Source of the DNA: Clostridia bacterium
GTDB taxonomy: Bacteria; Bacillota; Clostridia; Oscillospirales; SIG627
Reading direction: 5' to 3'
DNA: 49,739 bases
NCBI GenBank assembly: GCA_017959745.1
Contig: JAGDAA010000178.1
Span: 1 to 49,739 of the forward strand
Part shown: positions 24,276 to 33,501 of the stretch, piece by piece
Numbering within the stretch: position 1 is the stretch's first letter
How the letters are laid out: every line of letters starts with the position of its first letter
Notes under the pieces: generated by a model
What the model saw: only the letters and a program-made list of their open reading frames with translations
Database searches by the model: none
Told to the model about the DNA's origin: nothing
Made by a program: the position numbers and the translations under genes

Positions 24276-24995
24276 ATGGCTCTATACACCTTGGCGGACG
24301 TGCATCTCTCCTTCGGCACAGACAAACCTATGGACGTGTTCGGGGGCAGATGGGTCCACTATGAACAAAAATTAAAAGAGTATTGGGAATACCTGGTCCG
24401 CCCCGAAGACACGGTCGTGATCCCGGGAGACATCTCCTGGGGTATGAACCTGGAGGAAGCCGCGCCGGACCTGGCTTTTCTGCACGCCCTGCCCGGCAGA
24501 AAAATACTGATGAAGGGCAACCACGATCTCTGGTGGTCCTCCCTTGCCAAACTGGAACACCTGAAAGAAGAGAAACAGTTAGAGAGCCTCACCTTCCTTC
24601 AGAACAGCGCCCTGTACGCCGAAGGCAAGGTTATTTGCGGCTCCCGGGGATGGATGTGCGAAGACAGTATGACAGCCGCCGACGAGAAGGTCCTGCGCCG
24701 GGAGGGACTGCGCTTTGAAATGAGCCTGAACGCCGCGGAAAAGCTGGCGGATAAAACGGAAGCGGAAACGGGCGTACGCCCGGAGATCATCTGTTTTTCC
24801 CATTATCCCGTTGTGACGCCCGCCCAGCGGGAAAACCCCATTCTCTCCGTTCTTGTCGAACATAAGATCAAGCGGGTGTACTTCGGGCATCTGCACAACT
24901 GGGACGGAAAGCCCCTGATCGAAGAATGGGCGGGAATTCATTTTACTCTGGTCAGTGCGGACGCCGTTTTGTTCATCCCCGTAAGGATCGATTAA
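24276..24995 (+). CDS. Metallophosphoesterase family protein
   Basis: Motifs LADVHLS, GDISW, GNHDLWW and GHLH appear in the canonical calcineurin-like order. Confidence 0.8.
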   Translation: MALYTLADVHLSFGTDKPMDVFGGRWVHYEQKLKEYWEYLVRPEDTVVIPGDISWGMNLEEAAPDLAFLHALPGRKILMKGNHDLWWSSLAKLEHLKEEKQLESLTFLQNSALYAEGKVICGSRGWMCEDSMTAADEKVLRREGLRFEMSLNAAEKLADKTEAETGVRPEIICFSHYPVVTPAQRENPILSVLVEHKIKRVYFGHLHNWDGKPLIEEWAGIHFTLVSADAVLFIPVRID

Positions 24996-25012
24996 CTCCT
25001 TTCAAGAAAGAA

Positions 25013-25047
25013 CCTGCAAAGTCGAAAGGCTTTGCGGGTTTTTTTGT
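25013..25047 (+). terminator. Rho-independent terminator upstream of the spoIIIA operon
   Basis: CCTGCAAAG, loop, CTTTGCGGG (9 bp with one G-U pair), then a run of seven T. Confidence 0.75.
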
Positions 25048-25113
25048 TCTGTAAAGAGTAAACCCCGCATAAGATTGGATCGGAACAACAACAAAAGGGA
25101 AACGGAAACAGCT

Positions 25114-26016
25114 ATGGATACGAAAGCATATCTCATTGAACATCTGCCGGAACGATTTCAGGAAAGCGTCCGGCGTTTTTCCCGTCAAAAGGAGTGGATG
25201 GAGATCCGTATGAGGACCGGCGCTCCGCTCGCGGCGTCCGCCACCGACGGGAATTATCTTATTGGAAAATACGGGATCCTGCGCAAAGGGGACGCGTATC
25301 ATTCTTGCGGCGCGCGGGATCTTTCACAAACGGTATCCGCTCTGTGCGAAGGCTCCGGATACCGGTATTTTGACACGCTCTCCGGTGGCTTTTTAACCCT
25401 GGACTGCGGTATACGCCTCGGGATCGCTTGCGAAAGACAAAGCGAGATCGACCGCGTACCGGAACAGCTTTCTTCACTGAACATACGCCTGCCGGGGATG
25501 ATCGAGGACGCGGCGGATCCCTTCCTGCGGGAAATGAATGGAAGAGAATTATCTTCCGCCCTCGTCCTGTCGCCGCCGGGGGGTGGGAAGACGACCTTTT
25601 TACGGGCGCTGGCGAAAAAACTGTCCCGGGGCGCCTTCGGACGGCCCGGTCTGCGGGTCGCCGTGGTGGATGAGCGAAGGGAGCTGTTTCCCGCCGTCCT
25701 TACCCGGGACAACTGCGACGTGCTCTCCGGTTTTTCCAAAGGCGAGGGGATCCGGCGGGCGGTACGCCTGTTTTCTCCGCAGGTGCTGATCTGCGACGAG
25801 ATCGGCGGAGAGGAGGATGTCGCCGCCATTAAAGAAGCGGGCGGAAGCGGCGTGATCCTCTTCGCGAGCTGCCACGCCTCAAGCGCGAAAGAGGCTTTGA
25901 GCAAGCCCGGCATCCGCGCCTTGACAGAGGCGGGCGTCTTCCCTTGCTTTTTGATCCTGACGCCGGTTCCCGGGCCCCGGTTCAGCGTGGAAATTCATCT
26001 GGAAGCGGCAGGGTGA
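25114..26016 (+). CDS. spoIIIAA: Stage III sporulation protein AA (ATPase)
   Basis: Walker A SPPGGGKTTFLR and Walker B LICDEIG. It is the first gene of an eight-gene spoIIIA block. I prefer ATG 25114 over TTG 25075. Confidence 0.88.
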   Translation: MDTKAYLIEHLPERFQESVRRFSRQKEWMEIRMRTGAPLAASATDGNYLIGKYGILRKGDAYHSCGARDLSQTVSALCEGSGYRYFDTLSGGFLTLDCGIRLGIACERQSEIDRVPEQLSSLNIRLPGMIEDAADPFLREMNGRELSSALVLSPPGGGKTTFLRALAKKLSRGAFGRPGLRVAVVDERRELFPAVLTRDNCDVLSGFSKGEGIRRAVRLFSPQVLICDEIGGEEDVAAIKEAGGSGVILFASCHASSAKEALSKPGIRALTEAGVFPCFLILTPVPGPRFSVEIHLEAAG

Positions 26017-26513
26017 GGCACGCCGGTCTGATCTTATGCGCCCTCGCCTTCGCGGCGGCGGGGGTATGGCGCGCCGTGACCCTGTATCGCCGGGCAAAGC
26101 TGATCTCCGCCCTCTACCTTCTCGCCGCGTATATCCGGGAGCAGGTAGTGCGCTACGCCAAAGAGCAGAAGGAGATCTGTCAGCGCTTTCAAAATGAACG
26201 TTTGGAAAAGGCGGGCTTTTTGCCGCTCCTCCGGGCGGAAAGCGAAAAGCGTCCCTGGGGGGCGCTGGACAGGAGCTTTACGCGCTTTTTTGAAACGACA
26301 GATCCGGGGAAAGAGGTAAAGGACGCGTGCCTTGCCTTCGCCGCAAGCTTCGGTATGACGGGAATGGCGGAGCAAGCCGCCTCCTGCGAAACCTTTGACC
26401 GCTGTATGAGGGAGATCGCCCGGCGGGAGGAAAAAGAAATATGGAACAGGATCCGACTCTCCGTGGGTACGGGATTTGCCGCGGGGTGCGGATTTATGAT
26501 CCTGTTTTGGTAG
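26013..26513 (+). CDS. spoIIIAB: Stage III sporulation protein AB
   Basis: The GTG start overlaps the spoIIIAA stop (GTGA). About 166 aa with N- and C-terminal TM segments. Operon position supports the call. Confidence 0.8.
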   Translation: MRHAGLILCALAFAAAGVWRAVTLYRRAKLISALYLLAAYIREQVVRYAKEQKEICQRFQNERLEKAGFLPLLRAESEKRPWGALDRSFTRFFETTDPGKEVKDACLAFAASFGMTGMAEQAASCETFDRCMREIARREEKEIWNRIRLSVGTGFAAGCGFMILFW

Positions 26514-26521
26514 GTGAAAAA

Positions 26522-26716
26522 ATGGACGTATCCTTGTTATTGAAGATCGCGGGTATCGGGATCCTGGTGAGCGCCCTCTGTCAGATCCTTTCCAAGAGCG
26601 GCAAAGACGAACAGGCGGGCTTTGTCACCTTAGGGGGCATCGTTGTGGCGCTGGTATTGCTGGTCGGGGAGATCGCCCGACTCATCAACACCGTGCGAAA
26701 CACCTTCGGCTTATGA
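26522..26716 (+). CDS. spoIIIAC: Stage III sporulation protein AC
   Basis: 64 aa: MDVSLLLKIAGIGILVSALCQILSKSGKDEQAGFVTLGGIV..., the typical SpoIIIAC sequence. Confidence 0.88.
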   Translation: MDVSLLLKIAGIGILVSALCQILSKSGKDEQAGFVTLGGIVVALVLLVGEIARLINTVRNTFGL

Positions 26717-27096
26717 GCGTCGGTGCCGTATGCGCTTTTGCCTTACTCGCCGTCTTTCTGACGGTCACGGTCAAACAAACGGAGGGACGCCTGGGGGCGA
26801 TCCTCTCCGCGGCGGCGGGCGTTGTCCTCTGGCTCTGCGCCGTCAAGGAACTGCTCCCGATGATACAGGCGCTCACGGGACTTACCCGGGACAGCTTCGC
26901 CGGGGAGGCGTTTGCCGCCCTGTTCCGTGCCTTGGGGCTGGCACTGATGATCTCCTTCGTATCCGGCGTCTGCCGGGATCTGGGAGAGACCGGCACGGCA
27001 GAAAAGCTGGAGTTCTGCGGAAAAGCCGCTATGCTGACCCTGGCGCTCCCCCTCTTGAAACGTCTTCTTTCCGCCATCGTGTCCCTTCTGTCGTAA
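26713..27096 (+). CDS. spoIIIAD: Stage III sporulation protein AD
   Basis: 127-aa polytopic membrane protein. ATGA overlap with spoIIIAC. The EKLEFCGKAA segment is typical of the family. Confidence 0.85.
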   Translation: MSVGAVCAFALLAVFLTVTVKQTEGRLGAILSAAAGVVLWLCAVKELLPMIQALTGLTRDSFAGEAFAALFRALGLALMISFVSGVCRDLGETGTAEKLEFCGKAAMLTLALPLLKRLLSAIVSLLS

Positions 27097-27119
27097 CCAT
27101 ACCGGTAATCTGTTTCCTG

Positions 27120-28193
27120 GTGTTGCTCTTGCTGCCCGGCACGCCCTGCCGCGCCGCGGAAACGGACGATATCCGGGACTTTGTAGGGGAAGAAAGCATC
27201 CTGGAAAACGCCCCGGAAGCCTTCCGGCAAAGCGGAATAGATCCCGATTCGGAAGGCGGCTACGCCTCCTTTTGGAACGACGTCCGGCGCTTTTTCCTTG
27301 ACGCCCTTTCCCTGGGCTTTGCCGACGGGATAAAGCTTCTGGCGAAGATCTGCGGGATCCTGCTGACGGGGGCTGTTATGCGGGCAATGACAGATACGGC
27401 AAAGGGCGGCAGGGTCCATCTCGTGTTTCAAATCATCTGTCTTGTAACGCTGACATTTGTAACGCAAAACGCCCTGGAGCCGACCCTTGACCTGGTACAA
27501 AATACCATGGACGGCGCTTGCGGTTTTCTAATGGCTTCCCTGCCGGTCTCTTCCCTGATCCTCGCTATGGGGGGAGAAACGAACCGCGCCGTGCTCCAGG
27601 GGGTCAGCCTACAGCACGTGATCGGGATCGTATCCGTTATCACAACGCAGTTCCTCGCGCCCGTTCTGCGTTTCCTCATGGCACTGACCCTGGCGGGCAG
27701 TATCGCCGGAAAAAGCCTGACCCCCTTGACCGCCTTCCTGGCGAAGTTTCTAAAACGGAGCTGTCTGTTTCTGTTTACCCTCCTGGGAGCGGTGCTTGCT
27801 CTGAAAAACGCCCTCGCAGCCGCCGCGGACTCCGTTGCCATGCGGGGGATCCGCTTCGCCGCCGGGTCCTTTATCCCGGTGGTGGGAAACCTGGTGGGAG
27901 AGGCATCCAGGACGCTTGCGGCGGGGATCGGGTTGATCCGAAGCGAATGCGGCGTCCTTTGCGTGATGATCCTTCTGTATCTGCTGGCACGTCCCGTCGT
28001 TCTTCTTTTTACCCAAAAGATCGTTTTTTCCGCGGCGGGCGCGATGGGAGAGATACTTGGCGATTCCTCGTCGGCGGGCTTCTTGCGGGGTATGAGCGCC
28101 GTCTGGGACCTGTTTCTCGCCGTATGCGCCTTTCAGGGCTGCTATTTCATCTTCAGCATTGTATTATTTCTGAAGGGGGGGAACGGGGTGTGA
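27120..28193 (+). CDS. spoIIIAE: Stage III sporulation protein AE (start codon uncertain)
   Basis: Polytopic membrane protein in the correct operon position. The hydrophobic leader VICFLVLLLLPGTPCRAAE begins before the first canonical start, GTG 27120. The ORF-track extension back to 26643 overlaps spoIIIAC/AD in another frame. Confidence 0.75.
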   Translation: MLLLLPGTPCRAAETDDIRDFVGEESILENAPEAFRQSGIDPDSEGGYASFWNDVRRFFLDALSLGFADGIKLLAKICGILLTGAVMRAMTDTAKGGRVHLVFQIICLVTLTFVTQNALEPTLDLVQNTMDGACGFLMASLPVSSLILAMGGETNRAVLQGVSLQHVIGIVSVITTQFLAPVLRFLMALTLAGSIAGKSLTPLTAFLAKFLKRSCLFLFTLLGAVLALKNALAAAADSVAMRGIRFAAGSFIPVVGNLVGEASRTLAAGIGLIRSECGVLCVMILLYLLARPVVLLFTQKIVFSAAGAMGEILGDSSSAGFLRGMSAVWDLFLAVCAFQGCYFIFSIVLFLKGGNGV

Positions 28194-28618
28194 AGGCATG
28201 GGCGATCACCGTCATACTGGCCGCCGTCATCAGCGGAGCGGCAGCCCTGATCCTTCCCCGGGGCGAACAGTCCCCTCTGTACCAGCCCCTGCGGTTTCTG
28301 GGGGCGCTGATCCTTTTGCTGTTGCTGTGCCACCCCCTTCAAGGCTTGATACGGGACCCGGGCGCCCTGGCAAACGTCGGCTTTGCCGAGGCAAACGAAT
28401 CCGACGCGTACGATCCGGAAGCGATGCTTCTCGAACGCAGTATGGAAATGATCCGAAAGCGGGTGCGGGAAGCGTTTCCCTCCGGGTCCTACAAAATAGA
28501 GTTTGAAACGGATCAAGATTCGCGCACGATCCTTGCCATCCGCGTTGTAACGGCGGACAGGGCGCTGGGGGAAAAGATCTCGCTCTGGCTGACGGACAAC
28601 GGGCTGGCGGTGATATAA
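28190..28618 (+). CDS. spoIIIAF: Stage III sporulation protein AF
   Basis: The GTG start overlaps the spoIIIAE stop (GTGA). Two N-terminal TM segments. Operon position supports the call. Confidence 0.75.
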   Translation: MKAWAITVILAAVISGAAALILPRGEQSPLYQPLRFLGALILLLLLCHPLQGLIRDPGALANVGFAEANESDAYDPEAMLLERSMEMIRKRVREAFPSGSYKIEFETDQDSRTILAIRVVTADRALGEKISLWLTDNGLAVI

Positions 28619-28631
28619 GGAAGGTGAAAAA

Positions 28632-29126
28632 ATGTTTCGTTCCGTCTTAAAAGCGCTGTCACAAAGAAAAATCGCCCTTCTCGCGGGAATTGTGGCGATC
28701 GGCATCATTTTTATTCTGGCGGGTGAATACACTTCTAAGGGAAAAGCCGCGCTCGACCCGGCGTTTGATGAATCGAGCTATACCTCGACACTGGAAAAAA
28801 GGCTGGAGGAAATCATTTCCCGCGTGGACGGCGTCAGCGACGCAAGAGTAATGGTGACCCTGGCGGGATCCGCCACATACCGGTACGGAGCGGACCAGGC
28901 GTCAAGCCTTATGACAAGCGTTGACCCGGCGAGCAGCTCCCTTTCCTACGATATAGGGCGGGATCACGCGGCGGACGCGGTACCGGTAGGCATTTCCGCG
29001 CCGGAGATCAAGGGGGTGAGCGTGGTCTGCAAGGGCGCGGGAAGCCCTGCCCTTCGGCAGAAGGTGATCGGGCTGATCGCCGGCGCGTTGAACCTGAGCG
29101 CCAATCGAATCTATGTAACTGAGTAA
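28632..29126 (+). CDS. spoIIIAG: Stage III sporulation protein AG
   Basis: N-terminal TM segment and the C-terminal ring-building motif region EIKGVSVVCKGAGSPALRQKVIGLIAGALNLSANRIYV. Confidence 0.85.
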   Translation: MFRSVLKALSQRKIALLAGIVAIGIIFILAGEYTSKGKAALDPAFDESSYTSTLEKRLEEIISRVDGVSDARVMVTLAGSATYRYGADQASSLMTSVDPASSSLSYDIGRDHAADAVPVGISAPEIKGVSVVCKGAGSPALRQKVIGLIAGALNLSANRIYVTE

Positions 29127-29138
29127 GGAGTGACCGAG

Positions 29139-29798
29139 ATGGAAAGACTGAAAAAGATCAAGCTGCCCAAGGAGACCGTGGAGGCTGAAAACAAACAGGA
29201 AAACGCTTTGATCGTTCCGGAGGAGACCCGGAAAGAACCGCGCTTTCCGAAGCTTGCCGCCTTCGCGGAAAAGATCCATATCAAGCCCTTTCCCTGGAAG
29301 AGCATCAACGTCCGCGGTGCCGTGGCGGCGCTGTGTCTGGTGGTCATCGCCGTGGCGGGATACGTAAACGTGCGGTACGGCATCTGGGCGAACCGCGCTG
29401 CGTTGGAGCCGGAAAATGAGCCGGACAGCACAGTGGCGCAAAGCGGCGACTTTTTCACCACCGCCGTCCTCGACCGGGAGCGCGCCAGAGGTGAGGCGCT
29501 TGAGGTACTGATGAACATCACCGAGGACGATACAGCCGATGAAGAATCCAAATCCCGCGCCTTTACGCAAATGGAGCGCATCGCCGACGAGACAGGATGG
29601 GAGATCGACATCGAGAACCTGGTCAAATCCAAGGGCTTTTCAGAATGCGTGGCGGTCATCAACGAGGACAGCGCCAACATCGTCGTGGCGTCCGACGGAT
29701 TGACCCCCGCGGAGATCGCCCAGATCAAGGAGATCGTTTATCTGGAATCCAAAATCGTTCCCAAGGACGTAAAGATCATTGAAAAGAAAGCCGGCTGA
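29139..29798 (+). CDS. spoIIIAH: Stage III sporulation protein AH
   Basis: ATG 29139 lies 8 nt after AAGGAG. TM segment plus a C-terminal YscJ/FliF-like region (ECVAVINEDSANIVVASDGLTPAEIAQIKEIV). Last gene of the operon. Confidence 0.82.
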   Translation: MERLKKIKLPKETVEAENKQENALIVPEETRKEPRFPKLAAFAEKIHIKPFPWKSINVRGAVAALCLVVIAVAGYVNVRYGIWANRAALEPENEPDSTVAQSGDFFTTAVLDRERARGEALEVLMNITEDDTADEESKSRAFTQMERIADETGWEIDIENLVKSKGFSECVAVINEDSANIVVASDGLTPAEIAQIKEIVYLESKIVPKDVKIIEKKAG

Positions 29799-29844
29799 CA
29801 AAAAACAGGATCGACCGCTTGACTCGGTCGATCCTGTTTTTTTC
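29799..29844. terminator. Bidirectional rho-independent terminator
   Basis: ACAGGATCGACCG, loop, CGGTCGATCCTGT (13-bp stem), flanked by an A-run and a T-run. It separates spoIIIAH from the convergent CAP gene. Confidence 0.85.
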
Positions 29845-31096
29845 ATTGCAAACAGTAGAATTCCTGCGCGCCCCAGACGGTGCCCCCCTGTTTTTGATAG
29901 CTCAGCCCCACGTGGGTAAACGCGCCGTTGAGCAGGTTTTCCCGGTGGTCCGGCGAGTTGAGATATGCGTCGCACACAAACAGGCTGTTGGTGTAGCCCT
30001 GAGAGAGGTTTTCCCCGGCAAGACGCCAGGGGACTCCCTTTTCCGTCAGCCGCCATTCAAAGCTGTGGTCGTGTTCGAAATATCCCGTGGCGATCATATA
30101 GTCGCAGTAATCCCGGGCGACGGCGTCCGCGGCGATAGAGCGGATGAGGGAACGCGCGCCGGCGCGGATCCGCAGAGCGTTGACCAGGTACCAGGAGAGC
30201 TTTTCCTGTCCGGAGAAATCGTCGTAAACCGCGCTCTCCGCCGCGTAATTGTATTCATACTCATTCAAACGCATCCAAAGGGCGTACAGGGCGCCCTGAT
30301 CCCGGAAGCCAAAGATCGTAACGTCGTTGAACCACAGAGATTCATCCGGGGAATTGAGCGCGCGCTGACCGGCGAAATCGCCCAGTCCGAAGCTCCTGCC
30401 GCCCCAGCGCATCCTTTGGTTGGGATCCAGGCTATACACGCCCCACACACCGCCGCCGTCGCACTGGACGAAGGTCAATCTACGCATATCGGCGGCGTAC
30501 ACCAGGGTGAAGAGATCCCCCTCATACACCACCTCCGTGGGACTGCCGAGCTTGCCCCGGACAGAATCGGCGGATTCATCAAATTCCACTTCCCTGTCCA
30601 GAACGTAAAAGCTGGCGCTTAAAGTATAGCCGCAACGGGCGCAGGTATCCCCTGAAAAATGGTGTCCCAAAGCGGCGGAAAGCACTTCTCCGCAAACGGT
30701 ACAGCGCCCCGGCTCCGTGCAGGTGGCGGCGGTTGGACTGTGGAGAAGGGGCGAGATGCTTTCCTTGACCGCTTTGCCGCAATCACAACGATAACTCCGC
30801 TCCCCCGCCGCGGAACAGGTCGCTTCACGGGACGCGATCAGACGGAAAGCGTGGCTGTGACCCTTCTCTCCGCCGGACAGGACCTCCACTTGATCCGGAA
30901 GCTCCTCCTCACTGAGAACGATCTCCGGCATAGAAACCGGATCCGGGACGCGTAAGGGATTGGACGAGACAAGGACCGACATTTCAGCAAACGCGGGAAG
31001 GGCGGGCCTGACGGAATCCCCTCGGATCAAAAAAACAAGCGCGGCACAAAGGACGCCGCCCAGGGCGACGAGCCTGATCAGTCCGCGCTTTTTCAC
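29843..31096 (-). CDS. Membrane-anchored or secreted CAP/SCP-domain protein with a Cys-rich module
   Basis: GTG start. N-terminal hydrophobic anchor. Cys-rich segment CSAAGERSYRCDCG...CTEPGRCTVCGEVLSAALGHHF..CARCG. C-terminal CAP motifs YFEHDH, GENLSQGY and SPDHRENLL. Confidence 0.72.
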   Translation of the reverse strand: MKKRGLIRLVALGGVLCAALVFLIRGDSVRPALPAFAEMSVLVSSNPLRVPDPVSMPEIVLSEEELPDQVEVLSGGEKGHSHAFRLIASREATCSAAGERSYRCDCGKAVKESISPLLHSPTAATCTEPGRCTVCGEVLSAALGHHFSGDTCARCGYTLSASFYVLDREVEFDESADSVRGKLGSPTEVVYEGDLFTLVYAADMRRLTFVQCDGGGVWGVYSLDPNQRMRWGGRSFGLGDFAGQRALNSPDESLWFNDVTIFGFRDQGALYALWMRLNEYEYNYAAESAVYDDFSGQEKLSWYLVNALRIRAGARSLIRSIAADAVARDYCDYMIATGYFEHDHSFEWRLTEKGVPWRLAGENLSQGYTNSLFVCDAYLNSPDHRENLLNGAFTHVGLSYQKQGGTVWGAQEFYCLQ

Positions 31097-31099
31097 GGT

Positions 31100-31747
31100 T
31101 CAGCCCTCCATACGCAGCATACGCGCGTAGTATTTGATTTGAGAGCGGCAGTTATCCAGGTGGGCGGAATTGCCGTGGCCGGGGCAGAGCTTCATATTTT
31201 CCGGGATCGCCGCCAGGCGCTCCAAAGAGTCCGCCAAAGCGCCGGCGTCACCCCCCGCCAGGTCCGTTCTGCCGTATCCGTAGGCGAAAACCGTATCCCC
31301 GCAGAACAGGGTGTCGCCGCAGCTGAAACAAACAGATCCGGCGGTATGTCCGGGCGTATGCAGTACCGTGAAGGAAAAGGAGCCGCAATCGATCCGGTCC
31401 CCGTCGTGAAGAAGAATATCCCCGTGAAGGGACGGATAGGACTCCGTTTGTCCCCGATAGAAATACACGGCGGCGTTTCTGCCGGGATCCGAAAGCAGAG
31501 GCGCGTCCGCGGTGTGTATGCAGACCTTGGCGCCGGTGGCGCTCTGCACGGCTTTCACGCCCAGAATGTGGTCGAAATGCCCGTGGGTCAACAGGATGTG
31601 GGAAGGGGTAAGGCCGCGTTCCCGCAATTTATTGACCACGGCTTCCCCGTCCATACCGGGGTCAATGACAGCGCAGGCGCCGCTTTCGTCAAAGCAGAAA
31701 TAGGTGTTTGTCTGGTAGTCCCCGAAGCAAAAGGTCAGAACACGCAT
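31100..31747 (-). CDS. MBL-fold metallo-hydrolase (glyoxalase II-like)
   Basis: THGHFDH motif plus the downstream HTPGHT and GHG motifs. Confidence 0.8.
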   Translation of the reverse strand: MRVLTFCFGDYQTNTYFCFDESGACAVIDPGMDGEAVVNKLRERGLTPSHILLTHGHFDHILGVKAVQSATGAKVCIHTADAPLLSDPGRNAAVYFYRGQTESYPSLHGDILLHDGDRIDCGSFSFTVLHTPGHTAGSVCFSCGDTLFCGDTVFAYGYGRTDLAGGDAGALADSLERLAAIPENMKLCPGHGNSAHLDNCRSQIKYYARMLRMEG

Positions 31748-31758
31748 AAAAAACTCCG

Positions 31759-32961
31759 TTAAAAGCTGATGATCTCGTTGTAGCTGTCTATGGCGTACTT
31801 ATCGCTCATTCCGGCGATATAGCTCAGGATCGCCCGGGCATAGTCCTGCTTTATGGCGGGATCGAACACCGGCGGGTTCAAAAGGTTATCCGCCCGGGGG
31901 CCGGTGCGGTAGCAATCCAGCCAATCCAAAAACGCCTTGCCGAATTGGGGATAATCTCCGGTGAATTCAGCGAGGCGGCGCATGGTGTTATCGCCGTCGT
32001 AAACGCTGTACAGAAGATCAAAAATACTGCGGATGATCAATTCAAAGTAGGCGTCCGCGCGAGTGACGCGGGGAACGCGGTAAATGTTCTCGTAATTAAA
32101 CTTCCGGAGCATGGCGAAGAACTCGTCCGTGGCTTCGGAAAAGCAGATGCCGTTTTCCGGAGAGGAGGACAGGCACAGATCCTGGATCAGGTAATTGATG
32201 ATGATGGTGTTATTGATCTTGTTGCCGGTAAAACGTCCCACAAGCTCCGTCAATTCCGCCAGCTTATCCGCCCCCAGAATGCCCAGGGAAACGGCGTCCT
32301 CGATATCACGGCCAACGTAGGAGATCCGGTCCGCCATTCGGACTACGCAGCCCTCGTAGGTGAAGGGATCGACCTTGCCGGGAACGGAGATGGAAGAAAG
32401 GTCGATCTTATCCTCCCGGGGAAAGAGATGATTTCTCACGGATTCGCCGCAATGACAGATCAGCCCGTCCCGGACGGCGTAGGTGAGATTCAGATTCTGC
32501 CGCTTCCGCTCCGAATTCTCCAACAGCTCAATGCAATCCACAAAGAAGAGGGAGTTCTTTTCGTGCCAGAAGCTCTCCCCCGTCTCGGCGCGGGAAATGG
32601 CGTCGATCACCTTCTCCCCTTTGTGACCGAAGGGGGAATGCCCCAGATCGTGTCCGATGGCGATGGCACGCACCAGTTCCCCGTTCAACCCCAAAGAATT
32701 CGAGATGGCGGTGGAGATGGACTCCACGTGCAATACGTGTTCGATCCGGGTGCAGATGTGGTCGCTCTGCGGGGAAAAGAACGCCTGAGTCTTATGCTTC
32801 AAACGGCGAAACGCGGAGGAATGGATGATCCGGGTGTAATCCCGGAAGAAGGGGGTGCGCGTTTCATTCTGCCGCGTATACAGGGGCCGCACCCGGGAAA
32901 CGGCGTCCTCCCACTTGGGGTTACCCTCCGTCATAGCACAGCGTTCCAATACTTTAGACAT
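31759..32961 (-). CDS. dgt: HD-domain deoxyguanosinetriphosphate triphosphohydrolase-like protein
   Basis: FRRLKHKTQ, RIEHVLHV and HDLGHSPFGH motifs, with a dGTPase-like length of 400 aa. Confidence 0.8.
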   Translation of the reverse strand: MSKVLERCAMTEGNPKWEDAVSRVRPLYTRQNETRTPFFRDYTRIIHSSAFRRLKHKTQAFFSPQSDHICTRIEHVLHVESISTAISNSLGLNGELVRAIAIGHDLGHSPFGHKGEKVIDAISRAETGESFWHEKNSLFFVDCIELLENSERKRQNLNLTYAVRDGLICHCGESVRNHLFPREDKIDLSSISVPGKVDPFTYEGCVVRMADRISYVGRDIEDAVSLGILGADKLAELTELVGRFTGNKINNTIIINYLIQDLCLSSSPENGICFSEATDEFFAMLRKFNYENIYRVPRVTRADAYFELIIRSIFDLLYSVYDGDNTMRRLAEFTGDYPQFGKAFLDWLDCYRTGPRADNLLNPPVFDPAIKQDYARAILSYIAGMSDKYAIDSYNEIISF

Positions 32962-32982
32962 AACGGTTCCTTTCTGAAACGA

Positions 32983-33501
32983 TCAGCGGTGAAAGCCCAG
33001 CCGGTCTCTGAGGTGAAACAGATAGAAGGCAGACAACCGGTCCAGCGCGGGATCATACAGGAGCATTACCAGATTTGCCAGTAAAAAGGTCACAAGGATC
33101 ATCCAAAGGGGTTCCCGCTCCGCACCGAAAAGGTAAACGGAAGCGAAGAGCATAGCCGTCGTCAGCGCGTTCAGCAGCACTGCCTTGATCAGGATACGAA
33201 GAAATCGGGACAGATTTCTGATATGCTTTCTGAACAAAGGGTACCACCCGAAAAACAAGGTATAAAACAGGGGCGCGGAACGGACCGGGAGCAAAAATGA
33301 AAGCAGCGCGGAAACCGTGAAGACGCTCCAGGCATATCCCTCGGAGAACTCCAGATCCACGATCATAACCACCGTCCCGGCGATGAGCGCCAGAGAAAAG
33401 TCCAGAACGTCGATCAGGCTGCCCACGGCGAGAATCGCCACGATAGCCGCCGCGAAGACCGCGCAAAACGCCGTTTTTTTAGCGTTCCCGGAGGATTTCA
33501 T
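32983..33501 (-). CDS. Polytopic membrane protein, function unknown, third gene of the coupled trio
   Basis: ATG 33501 overlaps the J-domain gene stop (ATGA). About 172 aa with 4-5 hydrophobic helices. The longer ORF to 33570 is probably an artefact. Confidence 0.6.
   Translation of the reverse strand: MKSSGNAKKTAFCAVFAAAIVAILAVGSLIDVLDFSLALIAGTVVMIVDLEFSEGYAWSVFTVSALLSFLLPVRSAPLFYTLFFGWYPLFRKHIRNLSRFLRILIKAVLLNALTTAMLFASVYLFGAEREPLWMILVTFLLANLVMLLYDPALDRLSAFYLFHLRDRLGFHR

Noticed and set aside
25068-25075. A CATAAGAT box upstream of spoIIIAA as the expected sigma-E promoter
   Set aside because: The -10-like box is present, but the sequence 14 nt upstream (TTCTGTA) matches the ATATT core poorly. 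The evidence is too weak to call.
26643-27119. A 5' extension of the spoIIIAE ORF, which would make 516 aa
   Set aside because: It overlaps the well-supported spoIIIAC and spoIIIAD genes in a different frame, and its translation is Arg/Gly/Pro-rich.
31759-32961. The dGTPase-like HD protein as a possible anti-phage dNTP-depletion defence gene
   Set aside because: It sits among housekeeping-type genes. No other defence or mobile genes are nearby, and I saw no obvious compositional break by eye. dGTPase-like HD proteins are common core genes in Firmicutes. Nothing in the sequence distinguishes it as a defence paralog.
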